Assembly: GCA_009914755.4 (NCBI GenBank)
Contig: CP068257.2
Span: 20,928,001-20,992,000, forward strand
Length of the DNA: 64,000 nucleotides
Source of the DNA: the human T2T-CHM13v2.0 reference genome, Homo sapiens
Direction of reading: 5' to 3'
Positions 32,901 through 47,433 of this stretch are shown here, piece by piece. The translations under genes and the position numbers were made by a program. The notes beneath the pieces are model-generated. The model saw only the letters and a program-made list of their open reading frames with translations, had not been told where the DNA came from and did not search any database. Every line of letters begins with the position of its first letter. Within the stretch, counting starts at the first letter, position 1.

Positions 32901-35189
32901 AGTTGAGGCTCTAATTCAATATGACTAATGTCCTCATAGAAAGAGGGAGAGACACTAGACATGTGACATGTGAGAATATAGTCAGAAGGTGGCCATCTGT
33001 AAGCCAAGGAGAGAGGCCTCAGGATAAACCAAATGTCTAGACACTTTGATCGTAGACTTTCAGCCTTGGGAACTTTGAGAAAAAAATATATATCTGTTTT
33101 ATAAACCATACAACTGGTGATAATTTGTTATGGCAGCTCTTGCAGACTAATATGCTGATAATAGAATTCAATACAAATCGCATGCCTTTTGAAATGTTTA
33201 AAGTTCAGCCAGTCATATTCAATTATGATTGATATTATTTTCCTAGGTGGAAATATAATACTCTTACATTGGAATATATAATATTTAGCACTAAGTGTGA
33301 ATGCATATTTTAAGAGAGGGTTACAATATTGAGGTACCTATTTAAGATAATAATACTGGACACTTTCTACAGTTGTTTAATATTATTTTCTCTAAGTTCA
33401 ATTATTTTTATTTAGGGCAAACTGGAACTGCAGTACTATTCTAGATTACCGGGATTTGTTGTTTCAATAAAAGCAAAAGAGCTGCGTTTGATCTAACAAT
33501 GTTTAGTGAGTGCCTTCTATATATCAGACTTCGCTCTAGGCACTAAAGACATAGCAGTTATTGAAACTGAGTCAGTCTCTGCTTCAGTATAACTTGTATG
33601 TAATGGGGAGACATAATGATAATTACATGATGTATCAGCTGGTGCATAAGCACTGTGAAAAAAAATCAAACAGGATAAAGGGAACATTTGGAGTGCCACT
33701 TTTTGGTTTATAAGGGACTCCTTAGAGAAAGTGGCATCTGAGCAGAAAAATACATTATTCCCTTTATATTTTATCATCACTTGAGTTGTATTATTTGTTA
33801 GTGGGAATAATTGTGCCAGAGACTGTTTCAATATGACATGACCAATCAGAATATCCAACCTTCCTAGAGTGTTTTCCCAAACTGTGACATGGAGTGAACA
33901 AGAGTTGCCAGATTCTTCAGTTGCTCCCCAATTTGCCAATACGATTTGGGGAAAAAATTTAGATCATGTGTTTTAGGGCCTTAGTTATCCAGAACAGAAA
34001 ACAAATATCTTGAGGCTAGAGATTGTGCTTTCATGTCCAGTTTTAGTTCTCATATCTTCCTTCTGAATAGATAAGAGGATATGAAAAATAAATTAAATTA
34101 ACTGGTAATAAAAAAAATGATAGAAATTTCTGCATCAAGTTTATTAACAAAAAATATTTTTGAATCTTATGATAGTGTGTTTCAGAGGGAAGACTTAGAA
34201 AACGGGAAAAATAAAAAAGAACAATGGGTTTGGTGAAAGGAAAATTTCTGCACTGAGAATGAGTTTAGATTACATGCTTGCTAAGACAGCTTCTTCCTTT
34301 AAGAGTCGCAGAGGTAGATAATGGAGAGGTAGAGAAAAGAGACGGGGAGGGATGAGAGGGTAGGTGGGAGGAAGGACAAAGAGAAGTGGCTTAAAGGGTA
34401 CAGACATACAGTTGGATGGAAGAAAAAAATTCAATGTTTGATAGATGTTTAGGGTGACTAGAGTCAAACAAAAATATATTGCACTTGGAAGGCGGACACC
34501 CTAAATACTATGACCCGATCACTGTGCATTATATACATGCAATAAAATCTCACATGTACCCAATTTACTTGTAAACACTTTTTTAAAAAAATAATTAAAT
34601 AAATGCTTGCTGCTTAAAAAAGGAAAAAAATTGAAAACGTTATTTTGAAGACTTGTAGCCAAGAAAAATTAGAATTTAGCTGAAACTGTAGAAAATAATA
34701 AAAAGCAAAAACAAAATTAGGCAAACTAGAATCTAATAACAAATGTACTCTAGTTTTGAAACAATGTTTTCTCTCTCCAGTCTCCCATTTCTACTAAAGA
34801 AAAATCATGGTAGGACTGGTTTGCATTATCATACTTGGTCTAATTATTAGTATACAGTGCAGCAAGAATAATTATTTTTTACATAGGCTTTTAAATTGGC
34901 TTTGATGGAACTTTGTTCCATAGGAGGAATCTCAGATAAGACATTTTTAAAGCCGGGCCCAGTCATGGATTTGCGCCATCAAATATCCATGAGTGGGGTG
35001 AATTTCCTCTCCTCTTAAGGTTCCAAGATCAACGTGTAGCTTCTGTGCCTGTCAGAAAGTGACATTCTTTACTTACCACGGGTCAGAAACCCTGTACAGG
35101 GACTGTGTACACAAAATATGAGGCAAATTTTTCCAAAGGCTTTATTGTCTCCATAAGTCAGGTTTGATTCCTTAAAGGAAAGCACACCA

Positions 35190-35529
<340 letters not shown>

Positions 35530-36480
35530 CTACAAATGAAAACAGATTCTTATTGCACTTATGCAAATAACTGTATTGCCATAAGTTAAGAATACTCAGA
35601 GTTTCCAAATTCTGGAGAAATCAGGTAGAGAGAAACAAATATGCTCCAAATTTTGTTCATGGGAGTATACTAAATTATTAAAAGCTGTCATTAGCTCGAA
35701 AGAAAAGTTTCAAGATGCTGAAATACAAAACAAAAGATCAGCAATGTTTTAAACAAAAAGTCAAAAGGATTAGTCTATGTAGTTATTCCATGTTCTGCTT
35801 GATACTCATGAACATTTTAGCTCTCCATGAGTCCTGAAAGTTTTTCCTCTATTCTGATGTCATAATCTCCAAAGTTATCAGAAACCTGCATTCAAGAACA
35901 CCTGTTGAAGTTTTATAGCTGATTATAAAACCACCTTCTAAGGAGAACTAAAGCAAGACAACAATTATCCACGAATGAAAAAAAAATGGTTTTAAGGCAG
36001 CCATAGTCAAAAGACACAATTGACAAAGAAACCTATTACCTCTGTGGCACACAACAATTTTAACATAACAATTATGATAATTACTGATAATTTACACTAA
36101 GTTTTATCAGAATTAGGAGTTTCCCATAATTTTGGAACATATACCAATAAAATATTTATACAACTACAGCACCCCCCCACAAAAAACACCATTTCATATT
36201 AGATAATGCTTCCTGTATAATTTTTATACCAAATAAGCCAAATCATGTCATTTTTGGATTTTAGGGAACCTAATATTTTAAAGGATTAATTAGATTAGAA
36301 AAAGACATAATTTATAACTTGATTTTGGAAAGTCTGAAATGTAAATGGTTTAAAATACTTGATATTACAAAATAGGATTACAGATCATTGTAAAGTCATT
36401 TATTTAACCAAAGTGATAATGCAAGCATTTCAAAAAAGAAAAAAAATTTTATTCTTTGAGAGAGGAGACTTAATTTTCTA

Positions 36481-36808
<328 letters not shown>

Positions 36809-37974
36809 GAAGCATGAAGACAATTATATTTGTTTTTCAAAATTTTGCAAACAATCTATAAAGTTTAATCCTGATTATCAAATGTAACTTCTGTAAGCCT
36901 TTTATAACCTTTATAACCTTTATTAAGTAGTTGGTTAATGCTTAAAGAAAAACTTGTTAATCTGACACAGGAGTCCATATTCTAATTTTTCATCAGTCAG
37001 CCTTTGATACTAATGATTAATTTATAGAGGAACTAAACTTATTTTATCTTCCTAAAATGGCCCTTACAATTTTACATGCCCACTACTTCCACGATAGTCT
37101 CTGGGCCTTGAGGAGTTAAGTAGCTTTAACTTCTTGTCCTGTGTCTCAGGAATGCAGTTCATTTAGATTGGCATCTTCTATGGGACCTGAAGATGAGGCT
37201 TTAATTGCTGGCCATGTTGAAGAATTAGCCGGACTTGGTGTCCTTTTTAGACCCAGGAGTTAAAGCTCTGTAACTCAATGTTACAAGGACTTTGAAAGCA
37301 TACACAGGGAGATACATGTATGTAATAACCTTAATTTAAAAAAAAAATTATCTCGGTTGTTATTTTTTCCTAAGCAAACCAAAACTTAATAACATGATAA
37401 CTTGATTATATAAAAGCATATTTTTTCTATATAAATTATCTTATTCTGACTTACACTGAGCCTTCATGATATGATTGGATTTTAGGGTTTGCTCTGAACA
37501 TCCCTCCTTTATAAAAAAACAGTTGTTTTAGAACTAAATTTACTACACAAGATTTTTTTACATATAAAATTATTTCTCTTTTAGCTTTTTACCTCAAAAA
37601 AATACTTCTATATTTTTATAACTTCCTTTACATCTTTTTTTATTTCTTGGTTCCTTTTACCTTGTTTTATATATAACCTTTAAGTAAGTTTTGAATTAGA
37701 CAAAACTTGTTCACCTTGTTTTTTAGCAAGAATGTTTTTTCCTACAATATCTATTTATTAGAAAATACCCAGAAAATGAAATAGCTATTATTTAATTTAA
37801 TATTACTTTATATTCTAAATTATGTCCAGTTTGTCTATAGGTATTTATCCCATTACATTTACCTAATTTTTTAATATTAATTGTTTACCTAGATTATTTA
37901 TGAAAACTGTGATAGTCGTGATTTAAAGTTATGAGATCACCATTGCCAAATTATAACTGAAACAGTGAAAAAAG

Positions 37975-38160
37975 ATTTGACCTAACTGACTCCATTTTGC
38001 TCTTAACTTCCAAGCTGTCGTTGTTTATTCCTGGGCAGAGGTCAAACTAACTTTGGGAGGAACTTAGTTTATAGTTCACACTTTAGCATTGAAACAAGGC
38101 TATGAAACAGTCCTTTCCCAACACAAACCTCCTTATTGTCTGTGGACTAAACTGCCTAAA
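37975..38160 (+). repeat. Unclassified interspersed repeat, copy 2 (see 29790-29960)
   Basis: See the copy-1 entry. This is a same-strand homologous segment. Confidence 0.6.
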
Positions 38161-39024
38161 GCCACAGGATTAGAAGTTATAGTAATCTTACTAAATTCAA
38201 GATGCAGCTATTTGTATTAAACCTATATCAATGTCTTATTTATTAAAAATTACAAAAGCAAAGATCATCCTGTTTTGGGATGGGTTTATAGTTTTGTAAC
38301 CCCTACGCCAAATTTTGACATCTTATAGTATTGAATAGGAATAATTATGAAATTGTTTGATTAATAAATGTAAACACAAACATATGCTGCCAATTCTTAA
38401 GACATTTCTCATATTATTTTACCAATAATTTTAAAGCTAGCTTATTTATTAAATATTTTACTTGTTACATAAAATTGAAAAAGCATTTGACTAGTCTTTT
38501 CTTTTTCAGTATCTGATTTAAGCACTTTTATTTTTCTTTAAGCCAATTATTTAGAGCTCTTTTATATATTTTTAGCAGTGAAACATTCTGTACACAACAC
38601 ATGAAAGCATATAAAGACATATTACGCGTGCCAATGAAAACACATTTTATAGATTTATAAATACCCCCTCTTTTATTTATTTATTTATTTTTTTGCTATC
38701 ATAGACTTTCAGATTCTTGATAACCTGTTTGACAATGCTAAGCACCTGTCAGCTAAGTAGCCTTACATTTGCACAATAAAGGAAACAGCTCAGGTGAAAA
38801 TCAGAGAGAAAAAGTCTGGTGGTGCTAGAGGGAGACGCTTTTACAGAGTTCCTTTTTTTTTTGAAACAAAGACATTTCTGAGTGTCTAAACTACATTCTT
38901 CCTTAAAAACCCAGGAGTAGCTTCTGTTGCAATAACTGTTTTAGTCAAAAAATGAGGTGAAAAGTTAAGCTGACTTTTAACCATTGAGCTCCTTAAAACA
39001 ATTTTTTTTTAAATCTTATTACAG

Positions 39025-39098
39025 TATTTCAGCTAGGACAAAATGCTGCTAAACGAACAATGATCACACAAATTATACGATTTCTGAGCGCTCTAAGG
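39025..39098 (+). other. Candidate internal exon (74 nt) bounded by canonical splice signals; transcript and protein unknown
   Basis: The acceptor is a T-rich tract then ttattacag|TATTTC. The donor is CTCTAAGG|gtaagcag. Only one frame is open across the segment; it encodes FQLGQNAAKRTMITQIIRFLSALR. The sequence is not Alu, L1 or LTR. I do not recognise the peptide. Confidence 0.25.
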
Positions 39099-40603
39099 GT
39101 AAGCAGAAATTAACACCAGCTGGTTGTTAATGCTAACTTTAGGCATTTAAAAAGAATTTGCAAGACAGAATCCCAAACCAGTTTCTTACCTATTGATGGT
39201 TCTCAGGTTGTACACTGCTCTCTACCATGCTAGAGCAGGAAAAAGAAACTCGTTTTTCCTGTTGGAAGTAAGCTCTGCCTCCATAAAGGAGTTACCTGCC
39301 TTCCATCATCATGGAAGAAAGAAAACCTTACCTTCCTTGTTGGAAGCAAGTAAAACTCCAAAAAAGGAGGAGTTGTACAGCAAAATAAACTTTAGATCTC
39401 GACCAAATTTTGGGACATCAGAACAAGCACTAATAGGAGATTTGTCAAAGATCAGGGGCATCTCCATTCAGAATCCCTCCGTGGTTACCAAAATGTGAAC
39501 CCAGAAAATCTGAGACAGATCTCAGTTAATTCAGAAAGTTTGTTTTGCCAAGGTTGAGGACACATCTGTGACACAGCCTCAGGAAGTCCTGATGACATGT
39601 TCCCAAGGTTGGGGCGCAGCTTAGTTTTATACATTTTAGGGAGACATGAGACATCAATCAATATATGTGTACATTGGTTTTTGTCTGGAAAGGTGGGACA
39701 ACTTGAAGCAAAGGCAGGAAGACTTGAAGCAGGGAGAAAGTCACAGATAGGTGAGGCACAAATGGTTGCATTCTTTTGAGTTTCTGATTAGTCTTTCCAA
39801 AGGAGCCAATCATATATGCATCTATGTCAGTAAGCAGAGGGGTGACTTTGAACATAATGGGAGGCAGGTTGGCCCTAAGCAGTTCCCGGCTTGACTCTTC
39901 CCTTTAGCTTGTGATTTGAGGGCCCCAAGATTTATTTTCCTTTCACACCCATTTACTTGTACAAATTAAAAAATAACTTAAATGTTTGCTGTTTTCAACT
40001 AGAAAAGAGGTTATATAATCTCTTCCTCTAAATTTCAAACTCTGTCATGGAACTCACAGGCAGAAAGGTCAGCAGATACAAGGGGCCCTGCTCACTCAGC
40101 CTCCTGTGAATGGGAGACCTACGTAGGCTCTATGCACTGCTGGTCATGGTATGGGTCTGTGGTCCAGCAGACCCTTCCCTACCATAGTTCTACCTTCTTG
40201 AAATTCAAGGGCATGAGTCACCTTGTCATTGGGTGCCCATCAATGACATTCATTACCAAAGTGTCCGCACTTATCTGTCATCTGTTTAGAGACTGTTGGA
40301 AATATCTGGAGACCTTGAAGAGAAGTGAGATTGAGCTGTAGCCCAATGTTGATCATCACACATCTGTGTTAAATACAAGTACACTCTTGGTGTGTAGCCC
40401 TTAAAATTATATTTATGCAAATATGTTTCTGTATGTTTATGGAACTCATGCCTTTAAATATTGGAAGCTGAACATAATTTCTAAAAGCCATGTATGTAAA
40501 AATGTAATATTTCAACGTGTCTACAAATTAAGACATAATTTTACTATAAAAATTGCAAGTTGAGACTGTCCTATTCTCAAAGTAATTTGAAAATAGTAAC
40601 TTT

Positions 40604-40881
<278 letters not shown>

Positions 40882-42609
40882 TTAAGAAAATATAAAATGT
40901 ATATATAACCATGAATAGTATTGTTAACTATTACAGAAAAATATTGTACCAAGAATTGCAGCTACATTTAAAGTTAATAATGTTCTTTTATATTTAGAAC
41001 CATTTGCTGGGATTTAATCATGAATAAAACTCACAGAAATAAAAGTTTTGTTACAAAGTAATAATGTTCTTTGAAGGTCCAATTATTTCTTACATAGGAT
41101 CCTTCCATGTCACATATTATGACTGAGAAATATCACTCTAGTCCTCTTATGAAAACTTATTTTAGATAACAGCCTTTGAAAGAAAAACACAGAAAAGCAA
41201 CTGAAACTAGCTTAGTAACATGGAATGTTAGAGGTAGAGCCAGTGGAATCAAAGAATGGGATGAGCAGGAAAGAGCTAATCCTCAAAGTACTGGCTTCAA
41301 GGCAGTTGATGTCCATCTGTCATCTATGCTGTATGCATCTGACTTAGTTCTTTCTGGCTGCATATTTGCTTCCTAAATACCTTGGGAATGTGAGCACCAA
41401 CAAGTGCAATTTAGCACTCGTGGGTGCCAAGTGACTTAATTTAAAACCATTTAATTCTTACTATCACAGAAGGACTCTTGATATTGTTATTCACAGTGAA
41501 AGTATTCCAGTGGAGGGAAAAATATCTATTGGCTTGTTAAGGTTAAAACTCACCAAAGATCACTGAATGAATTGTGGTTGGCTCTGTAAGCAAATACTAG
41601 GAAAGATTAGGTTCATTGTTTACTCCAGGGGTAAGTCAACTATAGCTAGAGTTGTGTAGTTAGGGAAGGATTAGATCCCATTTTCACCAAGTATTTGGAA
41701 AAAAATGAAAGGTGGTCATGATAAGAGAAGGGCTCTGGTCAAAAGGGAATATGATAGTTCTCCATAACGGCTAGACAATAATATGGAAGCCAACTCATTT
41801 TTTTTAACATTGTAATAAAAAAATTCATATTAATTTTAAGCAAAAAGAAAAAATAAACCATATCAGTTTGTCTTATCTCTGAACTCTCGAGCTATGCCAG
41901 GCAATACATTCCATTACATGTAATGTGCCTTGTAGCATTTGAAAATGTACTCCACGTTACACACCATGTTTTTTCAGCATTGCATTTACACCTCAACATT
42001 CTGCTTCTTTTCCTCCTCGGTGAACTCTGGCTTGATATTACATCCATTAAAATCGATGCCAAGGATCGAGCAAAATCCTCTAGCTATGGAAAATAAACAC
42101 GAATTAGATTGGAAGAATGGATCAATCACTTCTGTACTAACTGTATTTATGTTTTCATACTTTGAATTTTCACTTATCTTTGTGGCCACATCAGTTTTCA
42201 TTTTTAAATTTTAGGTAAGTTATTTTATATACCATTTGTTTATATACTAAATTATTTTCTTTATTTTTATTACATAAAATATTATCAAGCCAGATCTAGA
42301 GTTAATTGGATATATTTTTAACAGAAAAATTTTGTACCAATGTAATTGTTTTAATCTATTACTCTCATCTTTTGAGTTTTTATATGTTCATTTACTTTCA
42401 ATTTTATTCTTTTACCATTTAGTCTTTTCCTATAATTTTATTTTCAAGTTTTATGAGTAAGACTTGTAAATTTAAATTTCAAAACTTGGCTGAGATCAAT
42501 ACTTTAAGTTTATCACCTTCTACATAATATGTAAGTGTTATAAGCTTTATTTCAATGAACCAAATCCATGTTTAACCCAATTTTATTTATTTTAGCATAT
42601 TAAACATTT

Positions 42610-42860
42610 TGAAGTATTGTACTGCATGTTCTCACTTATAAGTGGGAGCTAAATGATAAGAGCACATGGACACATAGGCAGAACAACACACACTGGGGCC
42701 TACTGGAGAAGTGGGGAGGAAGAGGATCAGGAAAAATAACTAATGGATACCAGGCTTAATAACTGGGTGACAAAATAATCTGTATAACAAACCCCCACGA
42801 CAAACATTTCCCTATGTAACAAACTTGCACATGTACCCCTGAACTCAAAATGAACATCTA
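42610..42860 (+). mobile_element. LINE-1 3'-terminal fragment, sense
   Basis: gtactgcatgttctcacttataagtgggagctaaatgataagagcacatggacacataggcagaacaacacacactggggcctactggagaagtgggg ... ctatgtaacaaacttgcacatgtacccctgaactcaaaatgaac. Confidence 0.85.
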
Positions 42861-43682
42861 AAAAGATATATATTTACATACACACACACACATATATAAT
42901 TTCATGAATGTTATCAGTTTATAGCAGTATATGGTAAATCTACGTATATATTTTAATCTATGCTGGATTCTAGTGACCACTTCTTTTTCTAAGTATTTAA
43001 ATTATATATAAGATATACCAATATCATATATTTCATCATATAAGTTTCATCACATTGAGCTATAATTCAAAGAATTTGCTGTGTTCTATTACCTGTGAAT
43101 AAATTTCCTGTTTATATTTTGGCTAGCTACGCACTACTCCTCAATTACTAATACAATTGGCTCTTGCACAATGCGGAAGTTAGGGAAACTGACCTCTGCA
43201 CAGTTGAAAATCCACATATAACATTTGACTTCCCCAACTGAACTAATGAACTACTAATAGCCTATTATTGACCCAAAGTCTTGCATATATACAGTTGATT
43301 AATACATAATTTGCATATGTATTATATATGGTAGTCTTACAATAGAGTAAGACAGAACAAAATAAAATATTGAGAAAATATTAAGAGATTCCTAAGAAAG
43401 ATAAAATATATTTACTGTTTATTAAGTGGAAGTGGGTCATCATAAAGGTCTTCATTGTCATTGTGTTTGTGTTGAGTAGACTGAGGAAGAGGAGGAAGAA
43501 GAGGGATTGGTCTTGTCTCAGAGGTGGCAGGGGCAGAAGAAAATCCGTGTGTAAGTGAACCCACACCTTTCAAACTCGTGTTGTTGAAGGGTCAACTGTA
43601 TAATACAAAGAGGCATTCTGCAATCACATGTGTAAGCTATTTAAAATACTGGAAGTGAAAAAAAAAAGAAAAAAGAAACAAA

Positions 43683-43986
43683 GGCCAGGCGTGGTGGCTC
43701 CCGCCTGTAATCCCAGCACTTTGGGAGGCCGAGGCGGGTGGATCATGAGGTCAGGAGATCGAGACCATCCTGGCTAACATGGTGAAACCCCGTCTCTACT
43801 AAAAATACAAAAAATTAGCTGGGTGTGGTGGCGGGCACTGTAGTCTTAGCTGCTGGGGAGGCTAAGGCAGGAGAATGGGGTGAACCAGGGAGGCAGAGCT
43901 TGCAGTGAGCCGAAATCACACCACCGCACTCCAGCCTGGGCGACAGAGCGAGACTCCGTCTCAAAAAAAAAAAAAAAAAAAAAAAA
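43683..43986 (+). mobile_element. Alu SINE, sense, low divergence (AluY-like), with a 29-nt poly(A)
   Basis: ggccaggcgtggtggctcccgcctgtaatcccagcactttgggaggccgaggcgggtggatcatgaggtcaggagatcgagaccatcctggctaacatggtgaaaccccgtctc ... gcgacagagcgagactccgtctc plus A29. The flanks share aaatactggaa(g/a)tga. Confidence 0.95.
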
Positions 43987-44842
43987 TACTGGAAATGAAG
44001 TAATTTTTTTTTGAGCGAACAAAGTTTATATCAAGAAAAGGGGTAAATATTTAAAAACTGAGTTTCTCAAGTAGTGTCTCCCTTTCATTCTCCTTGCAGA
44101 TAAACTTTCAAACCATAGAATATTTCTCCACGACCTGAAGAATCAGGATCAAGCTCTCAAAATTCCTCAGTGAGTCTTTCTGACAGGTCGTAGGGATGAC
44201 CTCTTGAACATGGCCAAGATGTTTTGGTTGCTCATCCTATCATGATGTCCTGTCCATCTTTCAGAAATGGAACCCATATTGATGGATTCAATGTAGGCAA
44301 AATTCCACTATCTACCAGATAGCTGTGCGTTCTTCATTTTTCAGGGAGAAACAGGGTTGTAGATTAGAATATGGTACAGCAAATATTCACCTCCTCTCCC
44401 ACTCCCAGTTTCCTGGAAAGAATATGCTTCCTGTCTCTTTGATGCTGAGCTTAGTTCTGTGACTTGTTTTGGCCTCATAGTAAGTAGAGCATGCTGTCCT
44501 GTCTCTTGACCTGGGCTTGGCGAAACATTTAAGTTGCTTTGGCCAATGGGGTGTTAGCAGACATGATGCAAGACTTGAAACAAGGTTGCATTAGTTTCAC
44601 TATAGCAAGAACAAGCCTTGAGTAAGCTCTTGTTTAAGGAGGAGGACACAGGCAGAGAGTACATGCTAGATCTGGCTTGTAGCCAAGGCAACTGAGTCCT
44701 AAACGACCCACAGATATGGGACAAATAAATGGAAAAAAAAAAAAAGTTTGCTTTTCTTCATTTGTTTTTTAATCATTGCTTCTCCAGACAAGATTTTTGT
44801 TCAGCCTTTGCTAAGTACATTCCTCCTGACTATAACAAGGTT

Positions 44843-44937
44843 ATTATCTTTTTTTAATATATGCTTTAAGTTCTGGGGTACATGTGCACAACACGAAGGT
44901 TTGTTACATAGGTATACATGTGCCATGTTGTGAAATA
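44843..44937 (-). mobile_element. LINE-1 extreme 3'UTR fragment, antisense (~95 bp)
   Basis: tttttttaatatatgctttaagttctggggtacatgtgcacaacacgaaggtttgttacataggtatacatgtgccatgttg. This is the reverse complement of the L1 3'UTR end (...catggcacatgtatacatatgtaacaaacctgcacgttgtgcacatgtaccctagaacttaaag...). Confidence 0.85.
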
Positions 44938-45190
44938 AATTTTAATTTGGAAACATGACTTAAAATAGTGAAATCATCTGTTCTAAATTACTGCTTTAAT
45001 GTGTCTTGAATTATGAGTTATAATGTTTATTTTATTCAGCTTTCAGGTACTTTTCATTTGTAGAGTAAATGGCATTAATTAACAGTAGTTGAGAGTTTAG
45101 TAGCATATCTCTCGGTTTTCTAAAATTATGCTACCATTTATTACTTACAAAAAATAATTCATATGTATCCAGTAATGCCTATTTTAAACT

Positions 45191-45511
45191 TTATTTATTA
45201 TATAATATTATATATTATATATTTTATATATTATATATTTTTATATATAAAATGTATATTTATATATTGTATATTTTATATATAATATATAATATTATAT
45301 ATAATATAATATTATATATTTATTTATTTAATAAATTATTATATATTATTAATTATATATTTAATAATTATATAATTATTAAATATAAATATAAATTATT
45401 TAATTATATTTAATAATTATATAATTATTAAATTAAATATAAATATAATTAAATTATTATATATTTAATATAATATATATTTATTATATAATATTATATA
45501 TTATATTTAAA
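45191..45511. repeat. 321-bp uninterrupted A/T-only tract (AT-rich micro/minisatellite with internal ~50-bp repeats); AT-rich to about 45545
   Basis: There is no G or C between 45191 and 45511. It is made of TATAT/TTATA/ATTAA motifs. Near-duplicate blocks read taataattatataattattaaat(t)aaatataaatataa(a)tta. Confidence 0.95.
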
Positions 45512-46454
45512 CTTAATTTATTATAAAATTACAAATTTTAAAGTGGCTCATTAGCCACTTTCTTTTGATGTGAGAAACTTCAAAGTTTCTGAACATTTAA
45601 AAGATTTAAGGCATCCTCAATTTTACCTTTAGCTAGATGGTCAGATTTCTCTGAAGAATCATGTCTCATATTTTCATTACTGTCACTGATCACTGATCCT
45701 AATGTGGTCCTATATGAAATTATCAACATATGCTTATTAGATGATAGAAAAGCCAAAGAAAAACATGGATCAGCAAAATATAATTGCTACAAAGACACAC
45801 ATTCAGGCATACAGAAAGATGATCAAAAAGGTCTAAAGAAGTAATCATATTATTTTAAGAAAAAGTATTATCAGCATCTATACAGAAAAAGTTCAGTAAT
45901 TTCCTGGCTGTTCACGAAATGTAATGAAACCTGTAGAACACTGAAAGGGAGACATAATAGTATGAATTTACTTTCCTCTATGTAGTGTTTCTTCTTTCTT
46001 TTCTTCCAAGTCTTTTTTCAAACCTTTTCAAGTTCTTTTAAACCCTAGTGATGTACAGACAGTACTGAAGTGCATTTTTACTTGCCAAATTGATTCAGCT
46101 TCTAAGCAATCTTTAGAATTCAAATAAAATTCACTATTCTGCTGACTCTAGCTAAATGCTTTTCTCATAAATGCATTTTAAATCATGTAAAAGAAAGAAT
46201 CTGCAATTTATACAGTTGCTAAAAATTCATGATTAGTGATCATTTATGATCTCATTTTAGATTACTTATCTTATTAAGAAGAGTTTTTTGCTGTCATATT
46301 TTAAAAATCCCAGGTTGGTATTTAAACTTTTTTGAGGACAAGTGAGTACTGTTTGAGTAAAATTCACTAATTGAGGGAAAAATGTGTCTCTATCATGATG
46401 CTATAGATGTTATAAAAAGCAATTGTCACCCACATGTTCAGTGCATTAAGAACT

Positions 46455-46620
46455 TATAACCAGGTGTGAACTAGTATCCCAGCTCCTCAAGAGGGTGAGG
46501 CAGGAAGATCACTTGAGCCCAAGGAGTTCAAGGCTGCAGCATGCTATGATTTTACCTGTGAATAGCCACTGCACACCAACCTACATGACATAGAGATTTT
46601 GTTTCTAAATAAATAAATAC
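46455..46620 (+). mobile_element. Old Alu-derived fragment (right-arm/FRAM-like), sense
   Basis: tcccagctcctcaagagggtgaggcaggaagatcacttgagcccaaggagttcaaggctgcagcatgctatgattttacctgtgaatagccactgcacaccaacctacatgacatagagattttgtttc. Confidence 0.6.
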
Positions 46621-47019
46621 ACGTACACATACACACAATATATACATCTATATATATGTATATGAAGAGAGACTAGACTCAGTATAGCACAGCTTTTCAG
46701 TATGACAAATGTGTGTCTAAATCTTCTCTCTCTCTCATCTATTAGCTCTATGATATAGCTGTCAACTTACTCAATTGTAAATTGAAACTGCATCTTGCTC
46801 ACTAGATTATGAGAATTAAATGAGATGCACCTTAAAGCTTGGTATTTAAAATGCTTTAAACTAATGTCACTTTATTTTATATTTTCTAGATACATACGGA
46901 CAAACTCTTCTCTCTGTGACTCATAAACAAGTAAAAATTCATTTTTCTTTCTCATTAGTTTGCTAGGATTGACATAACAGAGTAGCACAAATTGGGTGGA
47001 TTAAATCAATAGAAACATA

Positions 47020-47433
47020 TTCTTTAACAGTTCCAGAGGCGAGATGTCTGAAAGGGAGATATTGGTAGGTCAATGCATCCTCTAAAGCTCACAGGGGACA
47101 TTCTGTTTAATGCATTTCTCTTAACTTTTGGGGCTGGTAGAACTCCTGGAAGTTCTTTGGCTTGCAGCTACATGAATCTCATCTTTGCCTGGATCTTCAC
47201 ATGGTGGTTTTCCCTCTGTGCCCGTGTCTCTGTGTTTTCACATTGCCGTCTCCTCTTTACAAAGGGCACCAGTTATATTGGAGTAGGGCCCACACAAATG
47301 ATGTAATCTTAACTCGATTATGTCTGCATAACTCGATTACATCAGATAAAGTCACATCCACGGATAATAAGGATTAGGATTTCAACCTATTTTATTTTCA
47401 GGGATGGTGGGGACACAATTCAACCCACAGCAC
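47020..47433 (+). mobile_element. LTR-like interspersed repeat, same family as 23074-23578 (MaLR-related)
   Basis: ttctttaacagttccagaggcgagatgtctgaaaggg ... cttcacatggtggttttccctctgtgcccgtgtctctgtg ... ctttacaaagggcaccagttatattggagtagggcccacacaaatgatgtaatcttaactcgattat ... gggacacaattcaacccacagca. Confidence 0.5.

Noticed and set aside
33517-33939. A 140-aa minus-strand ORF, and a 141-aa ORF at 52421-52846
   Set aside because: Neither has recognisable domain-like sequence, strong start context or flanking splice signals. The amino-acid composition is typical of random AT-rich DNA. In 64 kb on six frames, a few ORFs of this length are expected by chance.
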